A stretch of DNA of 64,000 bases from Phoronis australis (Eukaryota; Animalia; Phoronida). Made by a program: the position numbers and the translations under genes. Of this stretch, positions 10,640-24,068 are shown in pieces (the first letter of the stretch is position 1; each line of letters begins with the position of its first letter). Below the pieces are notes generated by a model. That model saw only the letters and a list, made by a program, of their open reading frames with translations. It did not search any database and was not told the origin of the DNA. Where the stretch lies: positions 319,376 through 383,375 of the forward strand of contig NMRA01000439.1 of the NCBI GenBank assembly GCA_002633005.1, written 5' to 3'.

Positions 10640-12270
10640 ACCAAGTCTGTGTCATGGAAAGGCTGCTACCAAATTATACTAATCTTACTAGAACTGTATA
10701 AAAGCGTTAAACCATGTGTTTCCTCGAACCAAGACGGGGAGAATACGGATTATTTTGAGTGTCAATTAGGAGTTCTTCACGGGTGTCAATTGTCTCCCTT
10801 TTTATTTTTTTCGTTTATCAATAACCGAGCATGAGCTACAAGCAGATAATTCGACACGAGGTGTATCAGTGTATCAGTGAGTCACTTTTAAATACGTGCT
10901 GTTTTCTGTCAGATGACGATATTGTAATACTTGCAAATACAGCATTGAATTTGAAAAGGTCAGTAACTATAAAATTATCTGAATATTAGAAGTTAGTCAT
11001 TAATATGACCAAATCGAAAGTTTTGTTTTTTCGAAAAGGCGGCCACTTGAGAAGCTAGTAACTCGGTATGCATTCTACTGTTAAGAATGTGTGGATAAAG
11101 ACGCAAAAAATTAAAGACCAAGCATCCAAAGCCTTATTCACAGTGAAAAACACCATTAACCGCCTATTATTTTGAATGACTTACTCTTATTAAAATTACA
11201 TAACCAAAAATTCATTTCGAGCCTCAGAAGTGGACTTCTAAATAAATGTAGGTTCCTCGCTCGAAAATAACCAAGAGCGGGGCCTTCTAGCTTGTTGGCT
11301 GCCTTCAGGTGGGGCCATCTATATTACCATAAGGAACCTTGCTTATTAATCATAATAGGTCGTTTTAAATAGCGGTCTGTTACATGTGCCCGTTTGAAGA
11401 GGTGCCTGTAATCACTAGACTGCACATTTTGACAGTGAAATTAAACCAGTATTGCAATATGGGTCAGATATTTTGGGTTTTTTATCCAGCCGCTGACGCG
11501 GAAAATTTACGCAACAAGTTCTGTGTATTCTCACTGGGCCCTGGGCAAAATACCACTCACTTAGCGTCCAGGGGAGAACAAGGAAGACACACCAGGCTAA
11601 CATTAAAATTTTCGTTAATTATTAAGTACTGGTTAAAATTGCTTAATGTTGGCATTGAACACGTATATTATACAAATCTGTTATAACAAATCGATATTGT
11701 GCAATTTGGCTGAGCGAAATGTCTCCTGCTGTTGGACATTATGCGTGAAGCAGTTACTGTTTGAGTATGGATTTGGTGTCGGTTGAGAAAGTCGGTCGGT
11801 TGGGGAGTTGAAACAACGAAATTTAGACATTAGTGGGCAGCAGTGGTATGAGTAATCGTTGAATGTCAGTCAATTAGATTCTTACAGATTATGCAAACAT
11901 CAATTACTTATGAAGAAGTACGTCACAGGTGTAAAACCAAAAAATATCTAAAGGCTTTAGAGAGATTTAGAAGTTCAAATCATAACTTACAAATAGAAAG
12001 AGAAAGACATTTGAAAATCCTCAGAGATAATAGATTCTGTACTGTTTGTGTCCCATACGTTGTAGAAGGCGAATACCATTTCTGATTAAGTGTCCACTTT
12101 ATGAACTGTGAAATTACCTTAGATAATGCTGAATTGTGTAAATTTATGCAGTATTTGTTAGCATCTGGTATCAGAAAAGACGATGTAAGTACGTGAGTTT
12201 TTATAATGTACTGTGTAATTAGGCGTGTAGGCTGAACGCCTTTTGTACAACAAGGAAATAAATATATTCA
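10640..12270 (+). mobile_element. Degenerate, 5'-truncated non-LTR retrotransposon (RTE-X-like RT and C-terminal zinc knuckle)
   Basis: Broken-frame remnants include GVLHGCQLSPFLF..FIN, FDSEIKPVLQYGSDILG, GEQGR...IKYWLKL and RFRSSNHNLQIE..R......R.C..C...VEGEYHF..KCPLY. AATAAA lies near 12257. There is an unrelated ~220-bp insertion at about 11200-11425. Confidence 0.8.
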
Positions 12271-15266
12271 AATTAGATAATGTTTGAGATCAATAAAAGG
12301 CAGCGGGGTTTGGGAACAACTGCTGTTTCCCAGCCGGTGTCTCGTATTGTATTGCATTGGCTGCATGTTTATGTACTCTTATGAAAAGCCATAAAGCTCT
12401 AGCATGAGCAATGTCACATTGTGAGAAACGTTTTTTTGTCCCAAACCTCAGAGCAGCACCCCATGACTGAGTTAACAGATCAGTCAAAGCATTTGGTAAA
12501 AATGTTAAACCCATGTTTCCTGACATCTATTTACCGACAGGGGCACTTTGTGCTCAGCCAGCGGATTCAGGTAGCGCCTTTGCCGTAGTCTTATTATCTA
12601 AATTCTCATGAGAGAGACCCCTAAACATTTATATTTAGTGGCATGTTCTAGGCCTACAAATACAAGTTTAAAAACCTCTTTACTCCTTGAACCTTTTTAT
12701 CTGTTTTTGTTTGAAGATGGTTGAAGTGGAAGTTAGTTAGTAATGGTTCTTAAAACAAGAGCGAAAAATTACATAGCTATGAAAACTGGAATTTCAACGG
12801 TGAGAAATTTTTAGTAAAATCAAGTTATAAATATACAGGGACACATTTCTCTGCATCGAGTCTTGTTGCAAGACCAATCTTCTAAAACATTGTTTGTATT
12901 GAAAATGTAAGTTAATTTGTCGATATGTCGCCGATCACGTGGTTACGGCAACTGTTTGACTCAAAAATGCAACATATATTACAACGTGGTTCAGGAATTT
13001 GAGATTTACACCGGAACCGGATGTTGTAGTTGTTTATAACAAATTCTGAGATTTTATACTTGGTCCAGGGGGAAATACACCAAATGTTGTCTCAGGGATG
13101 ACCTTGGGAGACATACTACGGGATTACTAAGGTATATTAAAATTGTGACATGAATTCTATAAACTAGTAAATAAACCTGCATCTCAGTTGTGAAATATGC
13201 GCATCATGCCTTCAAAAAAGAGTGTTTTGTGCTTTGTTGACTTGTGTGCATAGTACTTATTTATATTGAAATAAAGATTGCCACCTATAGGCGGCCTGGT
13301 TATATTTGAGAAAATAGCTTTGAGGCCCGTCGGGGTACCGGCGGAGATCTCCATGTCACGTGGCCACCTGTGAGCGGTACATGGTGGTCGTCAAACACCA
13401 ACTGGTGGTTGTCACCTGAGAGGAGGCACTGGTAAATGACCGGTAATAGGACCGTCCCGGATTACACGGCGATAGATCTCTCTATTGTTATGGAGATAAG
13501 AAAGCGAGTGACCTCGTCTTGGAAATCGGGCGCATTCCGTGTCTCTCAGTGATGTCGGGGAGGCGAAGAATTTCACATCACGCATCCACGGGCATTTGTC
13601 CAGTTTACCAATCTTTCTCACGAAGGAGTTGCAGTCCAAAGCATAACAGTATTACTTTATTAGCATTGGAAGGACGAATAAAGTACTGCGACCGAGGAAA
13701 ACTTGTAAAGATTCAGACAACAACAAATAACGTGAGAAACTCCAATGGCACGAAAACGAGGCAGCACAAATGTGCCTGACCGATGTTTACGGCATTGGGG
13801 GTAAATACAGCGAGATTCCAGTGTCGCTGAGTAGACCGGGAGGGCTCCATTTCTAATCACTGTCTCCGTTCAACTCTGGCTTGTTACTTATGCAACGGCG
13901 TCAGCTATAGATCTAATTCACGCCGACAGGAGGCGCGTTCCAAAACGAGGCTCGCTACGATAGCTCTGTTGGCTTATCGGCATAGTTGTACTCCGCGTTG
14001 CTCGAACGGCTTGAAGAAATACGGACACTCAACTGTCTGTTTTACAATCCCTAAGGACGTTGAGATTCTGAAGTGTTGAGTCCTTGCCATACGCCGCGAC
14101 GAAGGAAAATATGTCCGTGTAAAATTTATAAATGTTTTCGAAAAGTTAGATCATTTGTCGCATCTCGGTTGCCGAGCATCGTTGCGCTGACCGCNGGCCC
14201 TACTGCCGGCCAGGCTGTGTTTTCATGATTACGGGTTGAAACGTGATGCATTTTTCTTTCCAAAAAGGACAGGGCCCTCAATCCATCGATTTAGGGGCCA
14301 AATATCGACCCTTTTCCCCTCTCAAAAATATTAAAAAATCACGCAAATTTCCCCCCAGGAGGCCTAAAAATTCCCCAAGTCACTCATGTGATTGAAAATT
14401 TCTCCGACGATTCAAATCACCTGTAACTACAGAGGTGACAATTTGAAAAAGCACAAAATGCTACTTGGGACAGAGCCTATGAGCGCTTGCAACAGGGCGG
14501 GGGTGCTATTGATGGTGATCGGGATCAGGTAGATTTTTCACCTCACTCGGCGAAACCGTTTCCTTCTCAGAAGGCCGGCACANCTGAAATTGAGCTCTAT
14601 AAGACGAGGTTATGCTTTGGATGAAAGAATTAGGTGTTTTAATTTTAAAAATCAACTTGGTCCAGATTGATATTTGAAAAATATAACACATGAAATAGAC
14701 GTAATTATTAAAACCAAGAAAGCAGAATTGATGGTCAAATAATTTTTATTTTCAATTGCGAGCCTGGTTTTTTATCGTAATAAAAATATATAGTTAATAA
14801 CATCAATTATTCTTTCAGCTCAATGACAAATCAACCTTTAGTCCTGGTAGAGCTTACCTCACCAGGCCCGCATGAAGCTAAAAATACTCTTGATCAACAA
14901 ATTAAACCAGATGTGACTAACTGCACGTGACAGCAAAATGCGACGAGCCACCACACTGTCGAATATATCTTCAACCCGTCAGCAGATGTCCTGGTTGATG
15001 TAGAAAGCATTTTTTATCAAGAATTTATAAGTAGAAACGTAACCATGGTTATTTTACTATGAAGTGGCATAAGGCTGAGTGGTCTGCTATCCCGCTCGCT
15101 CAGTTTGTAGTCTTCACGCTCAAACAGTGGTCACTGGCCAATGAATACGAGTGTTTTGACGATTGTCAACCTTAAAGAGGAAATGTATTTCACGTAAATA
15201 GGTCTTCGGCCCACATTAAAAATATATTATGAACAAAGAGTACAGGATATCCAAACCAATACTAAT

Positions 15267-16490
15267 TTACACCAACAAAACAGTTTCGAAGTTTCTCAGC
15301 ATTAATTTCTTCAAGTCATTGGGCTGAAAATTTGTGATTGAAAAAAAATCATGCGCTTTGAGTACTTTTCGTCCACTGAAGTGATTCGACATTTTCGACC
15401 AAAGCAATGTTATTTTCACAGGCGACAGTTCGAAGCAAAATGACAAACAGTCCTCGCATTTGGCCATAGACGTTGGCTTTTTCACAAACTCTTTCCTCTC
15501 CCTGGGATACACAATGCCGTCAGTGTTAACGAGTGGAACTTGAAGCTTTCTCGCAACAAAGCTTAAATAGACATCGTCGTGATCAACAGGATCCACGTAT
15601 TCCATAGCAATATTCAAGTCTTTTGCAAACTGTATATTGATAATGAAAGTACCAGCTGGAGTAAGCGGAGGGAATTTGGAAAAGGGATACTTCTCGGCGG
15701 AAAGGACCAGGAGCTTACCAGTAGGGTCTTTGGATCTACGAGGTATGTACAGACCTTTGAACCATCCCAAATAGAGTCTTTTCATCTGAGCAATAGCAAT
15801 TGAGCTCAGTGTCCCAGCGATGTTCCATGGGTTTAACAGAACATCGTCATCGGCAAAAACAAGATACTTGACGTTAGCACAATGCGTTGTAACCCACTGC
15901 ACAGTCAATATAAATTTCAATGTTGTTTTTTCGTAGCTGTCGAAGAAATCCCATTGTAGTATATCGTTGTTAATTTCGTGTTCCTTCTTCAGGGACTTCT
16001 CCGTTGAGTCAGACGAGGATTTTGCGACAAGAAAAACTCGCTTTATTTTAATTCCAGGCAAAATGATTTCATTGCCCCAGGTTTGGCGAATAGCCTGGCG
16101 GCGATCGGCGGCAGGCGAGGTAGACTTGATGAGATAAATCATAAAAAGTGGAAGGTTATCATCACAGAAAGAAGGATGCAAAAGGATGTCTTGGTGGACC
16201 ACGTTGATTGGACGAATGTCAGTCTTGTGGCCATTCCGCACGTGGTAAATCATGTCATCCAAGTCCACATTAAGTGGGTAATGATGAAACAAATCAAGAG
16301 AGTTATTCACTGCTCCAGGATAAAATTTGGTTCCATGTTGATCAACAATTCTTTTCACATGCCATATCTTTTCGCTTTCCAGGCTTGACATCCAACGGCT
16401 CATCTGTCTCTTCCAAAATATACAAAAAACAGTAGTGGAAACAAAAGAAACAAATAGTATTCTTAGTTTGAATTTTTTAAAAACGTACAT
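15267..16490 (-). CDS. GT31 beta-1,3-glycosyltransferase, brainiac/bre-5-like; intronless type II membrane protein (407 aa)
   Basis: N-terminal basic tail plus TM anchor. Motifs IKS..RRQAIRQTWG, DILQWDFFDSY..TLK, DDD (VFADDDV), FPPLTPAG and DDVYL are present. Confidence 0.92.
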   Translation of the reverse strand: MYVFKKFKLRILFVSFVSTTVFCIFWKRQMSRWMSSLESEKIWHVKRIVDQHGTKFYPGAVNNSLDLFHHYPLNVDLDDMIYHVRNGHKTDIRPINVVHQDILLHPSFCDDNLPLFMIYLIKSTSPAADRRQAIRQTWGNEIILPGIKIKRVFLVAKSSSDSTEKSLKKEHEINNDILQWDFFDSYEKTTLKFILTVQWVTTHCANVKYLVFADDDVLLNPWNIAGTLSSIAIAQMKRLYLGWFKGLYIPRRSKDPTGKLLVLSAEKYPFSKFPPLTPAGTFIINIQFAKDLNIAMEYVDPVDHDDVYLSFVARKLQVPLVNTDGIVYPRERKEFVKKPTSMAKCEDCLSFCFELSPVKITLLWSKMSNHFSGRKVLKAHDFFSITNFQPNDLKKLMLRNFETVLLV

Positions 16491-16896
16491 CTTCGTGCAA
16501 CCTCTGTATCGCTAACAGCTCCGTCGAGAAATTGCGAAAAGAAAACGCTGATAATTGATTTATGCCACTGGCCCCTGAATGTTGATGCGGGATAGGCTCG
16601 GAAATATAAGTGCATAGATCAAATAAGGGTGTGGCGCCATGATGGCTAAGGAAGGCTATAGCGCCCACCTTTTATAAGCAGCTATTTACTTAAATGGATG
16701 AAAATCAGTTAAGTCATTTAATTGCACGTGTTTTTTACGATAAAAAATCTCTACACGTATTGTTTTAAAAAAAATGTTTAAAGAAATGCGGACGCCTTTG
16801 CTTGCCGGCCGGGTGCAAGAAAATTTATCACGGCAGACAGTGCTTTCATGGGTGGCGCATTAACGAAAATGTCTTTTCGTGTATGGTTGGTGCAGT

Positions 16897-17142
16897 GTGA
16901 CATAATTCCGATTTACAGGTGACACAAATTGGAATTATGTCTGACATAAATCCAAATTATGTCTGACCTCAATCCGAACAATGTCTGATATAAATCCGGA
17001 TTATTATTTATAAAATAATTGATGTCTGATAAAGTTCTCGAATAATATCGTACATAATTCATCAATGCCAACCATAATCCTATTGATATACACCATTATT
17101 CTAAATATATCAGACAAAAATCGTATTGATGTCTGACATAAG
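16897..17142. repeat. Cluster of short ATGTCTGA(C/T)ATAA(ATCC) repeats
   Basis: At least 6 copies, with ~21-22 bp spacing at 16938-17000 and looser copies out to about 17140. Confidence 0.6.
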
Positions 17143-17699
17143 TATCTCAGTGAGAACTGTCGATACATTTCTTGGTTCAGCCCGCATTCTTTGTGGTAGA
17201 TTCAGTACCATGTTAATGAATACAGTTTAAAGCCGCCTAAAGTAGGTCTACCATTCATTGAAGTGTCGGTGTTTACTGAAATTTTGCTTTTTACTTTAAC
17301 AAAATACATTTTGTTAGCATGCACAGGCTATCAAAAAGGTCAAGATCTTCAGTTCCCGGAAAACAAAATCCATGAAAGTTGATAACAAGACATGTTACAA
17401 AATCATTCGAACTGGGCCCTCCCTTAAACACAAAATGGCCTACTCCCTCAATCTATCAATGATGGTTTTCAACTAAAATTGTGTAAACAACGTTATAGCC
17501 ACTGGGGGACCAACTAGCCTTAGTCCCATCGTTCACTGTAAAAAGCCCTCCTCCGGTCGAAACGCATTTCAATTCTCTGTTTGCCACATTGCTAATTGTA
17601 AAGTGCTCCGAGGTTGCTGCTCACTTTAGTTCCGGCCCCTAGTAGCCAACAATTTCGTCTTTGCTCCCACTGTTGAATATTTATGATTGTTGTAAAACT

Positions 17700-19195
17700 G
17701 AGCACGAACTTTAAAAGTAGCTCGTAAGTGAACAAAGACACACTGATCCGACATTTCGGTTGATTTACTATAAAGCATTTTCACGGCAAAAGTTCAGATT
17801 ATTCAATCAGGCGACGCAGATGGAGAACAGACTGTACATGTACACGTCAAAATGCATTGTGAGAGGAGAGACCAGAAATCAAAACAGTTGGAGCTCAAAT
17901 GATCCAATGTTTCTATTGAGATGGCGTTCAACATGGTTCAACGGTATGCATAGCCTCCTTTAGGAGGTGCCTGATGATGGCATTATCCTTGTCTAAGATC
18001 TGAGCACCAGAGTAGTCTATAGTGTGACCAGTTGTCAATGAATTGTAGAGAACAGCACTGTGTGTGTCTTTACAGTGTTCTTTGACTCTGATGCTAAGAA
18101 TCCTGTTCGTCATTCCAATGTAAAACTGCTCACATTCAGTACAGATGAGGTGGTACACAACATGACTTCTTTGACAATTACTCATTGGTGTTTTTAGTCT
18201 AGACAATGACAAAAGTCTGTTTACAGGTTTAAAGATTGTTACAAGTTGCAAACATGGTGCAATAGCTCCAAGCCTTCTCTTAACCTACTGTTACCCAAAA
18301 ATAGAAGATTGAGAAATGCTTTCTTCAATTCAGGCCCGTTACAAACACCCGCAGGTGTCTTAGACTGGTTGCGTAAAAACCTGTCAGTGAAAGATTCTAT
18401 AAATGTTTTTGGGTATCCATTTTGAAACAAGATTGCTTAAAAACTCAAGTTCACGGTTAAACAAGTCGGAATTGCTACATATCTAAAAGGCCCGATTAAT
18501 CAAACCAGTGACTACTTTATGGGAACAAAACTATCCCACTTGAGGAACAAACCTTAGAAAGTCGGTTTTCTATACACTGATGTAAATAGTAAGTCATTCT
18601 GACGGTGAATTAATGCATCGAGAAAACTAATGCAATGTGTTTGCTTCTGATTCCACGGTGTTCATCCAATCAAGAAGTGGTCTAGCCTGACTGTGATGAC
18701 TAGAAGTTAGGAAAATGTTATCAACATAACGTTTGTAACACAATGGTAGATCAGTAGGACAGTTTTTAAGTGCCAGGTCTTCTAGACCATCCAGACATTA
18801 GCCACTACAGGGTCGAGAGGACTCCCCATAGCAACACCGTCACATTGGTCAAAGTATTCCTCATTGAATATAAAAAGATTTTCTTTAACAGCAATGCTGA
18901 GCAATTTCTGAAGTTTTGATCTAGTTAAAATACAGACAGTGTCAGTACTAGTAAAAATTTTGTCGAGGCAAACGTTTACGGTACTGTCTACAGGAATATT
19001 CGTAAACAAGCCAACAACATCGAAGCTAACCATATACAAAGCCTTTTCCATAGCCTTAATGTCATTGACGAACTCAAATGAGTCTCTAAGACAACACTTC
19101 GAATCACAGAGAGGAGTCAAGATCCTAACTAAAAACTTAGCAAGGCTGTAAGAGTAAGACCCAATACAGGATACTAGCGGTCTTAATGGAATATA
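17700..19195 (-). mobile_element. Penelope-like retroelement pseudogene (RT + GIY-YIG endonuclease), 5'-truncated
   Basis: Minus-strand remnants PLRPLVSCIGS, SFDVVGLFTNIP, DGVAMGSPL.PVVAN, YKRYVDNIF (YVDD-type), NGYPKTFI and VVYHLICTECEQFYIGMTNR..RVKEH, with multiple frameshifts. A degenerate hammerhead-like motif lies at about 17748-17786. Confidence 0.9.
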
Positions 19196-22100
19196 AATGT
19201 GATCAATTGTAAAACTCAGTAATATTTGTAACGATTCAACAAAAGCAAAACTAATGAGCAGCTGCTGCTATAGGAAGAACAGCAAAGCTGGACGGGGACC
19301 AGCGCCTCCTATCGACCAAACATCAAATTATCTACAACACTATGAACAGTGGTTGCAACAGGCTCTCCGCAACAAAACACATACATGTACCAAAAAGTAC
19401 ATCATTGGGTCGTTGTGTATTTAGATTTTCCTTCTGAATTGATACGTTGGACTGAATTGATGAAGCTCTATTCACATAAAAACTTAGACAAGGTTATCTG
19501 ATACTGCACTACTTACTTATGGGTTAAATTGACTAACGAAGTTCAAATTTTTCTAAGGTTACATTGGATAATACCGGTAATTTGCAACACCCACAGAAGT
19601 TCATTGGCTGCATTTCAAACTTGTCGCAAACTTGAAAGAAGGCCTAATTGTACCCAGGAGCATTGCAGAATGACATTATCATGGCAGTTTATTTGATCTT
19701 CGTCGATAAGTTAAATCTAGCACGAACGTCAATGTTGAGTCCGCGCGAATCGGCAATAAGAATTCTAGTTTCATGTAAACGGCAGAAGCTCCAGTTCGAC
19801 AACAACTCGATTTCGCCGAGGCACTCGATTATCCTGTTGACAGGGTTCATCCGAAAATTAAGGATGCCAACCTAATTAGGGACTGGACTAGTAAGAGAGA
19901 CCCATTCATAAAATGGTCCAATGAAAAAATAATTCTGTTGTGGAGGTTACTTCATAAATCTAATTCTTTCATGGTGATTCTTGGACAATTGTCTTTTAAC
20001 CACATTTAAGCTTAAGCGCAGAAGCCATGTTGTCAAGAGGGAGTACATCTTTCGAAACCACAGTTTAAAAAAAACAAAGATAATATTAAAACACGTTTGT
20101 TGAATTTTGTAGTTTGAAAACGAACCTTTTTATAGAATTCCAAACTCCCTTAAGTATATTCTTTTTGCAGTGAATTAAATCTTGAATACACCCTTTTGTA
20201 GGGGTTTATATCGGAAAAACATCCTTTCATACGGAAAATGGTCATGAAAAAGTCGCCCTACTGAGATGCACTTTCCGTATACCTTTTCTCGGGTCGATTA
20301 CTAATCGTAATCAAATATTATTGCACAACAAAATTACTTATCAAATGACCCTCTTCGCTTTGATGACAACAGCATGCGGAAATGAAGTGGATTAGGTTCC
20401 ATACCTGTCCAAAACAAGCTGTAGATATTAACAAATAACGCCATAATTCATTGTTTAGTGGTGCACGAATTTCTCTTTTGATGGAAAATCATTAGTTCGT
20501 TCAGCTGTAGACTGTTCCTTTTTGGTCAATCTTGATGAGATAAGAAAATAGAAACGGCTGTAGTGTACACCAAAATAAAAGTATTCTGTTTGAATGACAC
20601 TGCGAGCAGTAGGCCGGTGATCACAACCCTTCGTTTAGCATCTGGAAAATGTCTCAAGTTACACCCCTTTTAACTGGTTAACTTGAGTCATTTAACATTA
20701 CAATGTTGTAAAAGCATGCTCTTTATGTTCAGGTGATTTAAATATACCCGTTGACCAATGTAGAACCAGATGTCAGAGTTATTCACCCGGCTCTCATGAT
20801 ACAAGAGGCTGGAAGCGAGACTACCTCACCTACAGCCCATCTCTTTAGGGCCGCCAGTGCCGTTTTGCTGCCGTACGCTACGGTCTCAAGCGTATTCGCG
20901 AAACACTCGCCTTTCACTCGCGTGATTTTGCGTGGTCTTGCGTGATGTCGCTTTTTTCGCAAGAGAGTTGGCCAACGAAACGGTACTCCAATCTACGTCC
21001 TAGAACTACATGTACAGAGGAGTGACGAAACAGCACCGGAAGTAGTCTTGCTGCGACCTCCTGCGCTCGCGCTTCATCCACGGTGAGTTGACAAAGCTAA
21101 ACAACAGTGCATTGTCCATTCTGTCGTCTTCAGGCTCTAAAACATTTAAAATTCATTTATGTTATTTCTACCAAACACACCTAAAGAGAAAGTAATGAAT
21201 TCGCAAATGCTTCAGTTGCGAGGATAAGTCATTGAAAATAACATCTGGGCCCCTGGTCTAATCTTTTCGAACTGGAATTAATGTTGACACTTTGTATTCT
21301 ACGTCTATTTTTCTGTGATCGAATACATTATGGTTTATGTGGATGACTGTACGATCCTAGTTTGCCCTTGGTGACCCCAGCGTCAAAGTCAGAACTCGAA
21401 ATCTCTAGTTTTACCCTAGTTTGTAGCTCGAAGTAAAGGCAAATGTCACCGATAACCTTGAGTTCTAATTCGAGTACCAATGTTAGACCCTGGTCCCTGA
21501 TTGTTAAGCGCAACCAGAATATGTTTCATGACTTTTGTCACATTTTCCTGAGTATAAATAACACAAGGACAATGCCATGTCGCGATAATCTGATCAGCGT
21601 TAATGACGTCACAAGATGTTTGGGCTGTATTGTACTTTTGAGGTATTCTAAGCCTGTGGGAGTGTTGTGAACCTGTGGAGTGTTGTGAGCCTTTTGGGTG
21701 TTGTCTCCCCTATACGCTCCCACACTGCTTAGTTGGCGTCTAACGTATATTGTCACAGTCTCTACAACAGAAACTAGTGCACTAGAAAACTACCGAGACT
21801 AAATTCAGTACCATATAAAAGAAACGATTCTGTCGTTACAGTTATTGAGAATACGTTTAAGATTAGAATTTACTAAACTAAGCAGGTTCTACGCTTATTT
21901 TAACTGACTGCATGGATGCATAAAATTGATTGTTTACTGTACTTGCATCGTTACCAATTTCTCGATCAATTGTACCCCGTGAAGTTACAAGGCGGAACAT
22001 TGATTTCGCGTTGCGGTCTACGGAAATAAGTGAATTTAGTCTATATCATTACCATGATGGAATTTCAAAACATCCTGTCACAATAATACGACTTACGTGG

Positions 22101-23373
22101 AGGCTTCAAAATATGATCGTCTACGTCATTCAATAGTTCATCTATTTCGGCAACATCTCTGCAAAACATGTTATGTATATCAAACTTCGTGTAATATCTC
22201 GTCTAATGCTTACACGAAAAAGCGGAACTTGTCACATGAATGTGCTACTATAGTCTCAATTTTTTTGCCATGGGCGCCAATAAGCGTTGGAATGCGCATG
22301 CGTGGCCGACGCCTTATACGAATTTTACGGTAACACGCAAGGATTCCCAGAGGGCATCTCACGGCTCCTTTCTGAGTGACTGCAGGATAAAATCCAACCT
22401 AATGGCTTCGAGAGAGAGAGCAAGGAGGTGGAACGAAACAATGGGTCATAATAAAAGCGTATCAGCTAGCGTTCGGTCTAAAGTTGTTGCAAACGTGCCT
22501 TGTAGTTTCAATTAACTTTTAAATGAATTAAAGAGTCGAGATTTATATTTGGTTTTGCTGTCTAAAATTTGGTAGCGTTTTCATTATTTTAATGTCCCCA
22601 AACTCGTATTGTGCAGTGATTTCTTAAAGATGGTATGTTTCATTAAAACCGTAAATATTTAAATTTGTAGCAAGCGCCACCTAGTGACTTCCTAAAGAAC
22701 TGTGTGTACAAGTGTATCCAGGAATATAGATAAATCGTAAACATGTGTGAACACACAAAAACACTAGTAATTCCAAATACTAAGCAATCATTATTTGATA
22801 GTGAAATAAACAAATAATAAAAACTGTGCCTTGTTTCACTAGGGTAACAATGAAATAGTATCGTACTCATAGTCTCCCAAAAGGAGACTTTCGCGGGATT
22901 GTATTGGTAACTTGCTCTCTGATGGAATCAGATACATCGAAGGACCCGGGATTGTTTGTTACTTAGTACTACATTTGCATATTCACAATTTAAAGAGACC
23001 ATGCATCTTTAACATAATAAGCGATAATGTGCTTGAGCAGAACAAGCTAACAGCCATCTAACTTGGGCTCGCATAAAAGTAGAACAAAAGATGTCAAAAA
23101 TAATTTCAAATTCAATTTCTATTACAAAGATTAGAGCCCAGCCACAAGCCTCAAACAATAACAAAGTGTCAGTTCTTTTGAAGCCCTGACTAACCAATTT
23201 ATGACCACTTTCATAGTTTTAAATGGCCTAAATCAAAACTTGGTTTGTTGACAGAAAGCACGCGTTTACTATAGCTTTAATTTTGGGACGGTCACAAAAG
23301 TCGAAACTAACATAAGACTAGTTTAAAACACCGTGTTATCTGCATTTATACTGTAGCCAGAATGGAGTTCAAT

Positions 23374-23529
23374 ATAGATTATTACATGGCGAAGTCGTTA
23401 TCCCCCGTTATCTAAAGCCCGAGTGGATTTTGGAGATTTCGGGGCGATAGCCCCGAGGGCGATAACTCTCCAAAATCCACGAGGGCTCTAGATAAGGAGG
23501 ATAACGGCTGAGAACATGTAATAATCTAT
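23374..23529. repeat. ~155-bp imperfect palindrome, probably the terminus of a non-autonomous (Crypton-like) DNA element
   Basis: Paired arms ATAGATTATTACATG/CATGTAATAATCTAT and GTGGATTTTGGAGA/TCTCCAAAATCCAC, with an apical TCGGGGC-GATA-GCCCCGA. Confidence 0.7.
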
Positions 23530-23995
23530 TTATACCACATACTAAACGAGAAACATTGCAATGAATCGATTTACCTTTTCTGACTCTCCAGGGCTTTGTA
23601 ACTACTTTCTATGTCAGAGGCCCGGGGTCGGAGGTCGTGACCTTTTAAGAAAAGCCGGGCTATTTTTGTCAAATAATGCTTTTACTCAAAACCAATTGAA
23701 AACTCAAATATAATAGAAATAAATTGAATTTATAAATTAAGGTTTACCAANGTAACTGAATATAGTTCTCAAGTCAAAGATCCTGACGACAAGATACCCG
23801 CATTCAAACTGGAGATCGGTGATTTACAAGTAAGAGGACATGAGAGAAAAAATTCACTGAATTAAGATATCATTTTTATGGAAATTATTTGTCTTATTTT
23901 TCTTAGCGTATAAGTACAGTACAATGCGGTTTGTTGAACGTGCGATTATTGCGCGTGCTCATTTAAGTATTCTATTTTCGCTCTTGATGACGTCA

Positions 23996-24068
23996 GTCGC
24001 TACATGGTGTACTGGTAAAGTCGGCGACCAGCAATTTCTAAGGTCCCGGGTTCGACTCCGTCCTCGGT
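23996..24068 (+). mobile_element. tRNA-derived Pol III head (SINE-like relic), not a functional tRNA
   Basis: A box TGGTGTACTGG (24005-24015) and B box GGTTCGACTCC (24049-24059) at tRNA-like spacing, with a T-arm. Acceptor and anticodon stems do not pair well. Confidence 0.55.

Noticed and set aside
13300-14200. GC-richer stretch with several 65-86 aa ORFs
   Set aside because: No recognisable motifs or consistent frame were found; it is probably a decayed repeat.
15579-16388. Antisense ORFs over the GT31 gene (similarly over the TRIM and LINE ORFs)
   Set aside because: These are shadow ORFs of real coding sequence with no independent evidence.
23996-24068. Functional tRNA gene
   Set aside because: A and B boxes are present, but the acceptor and anticodon stems cannot be paired, so it is treated as a SINE-like head.
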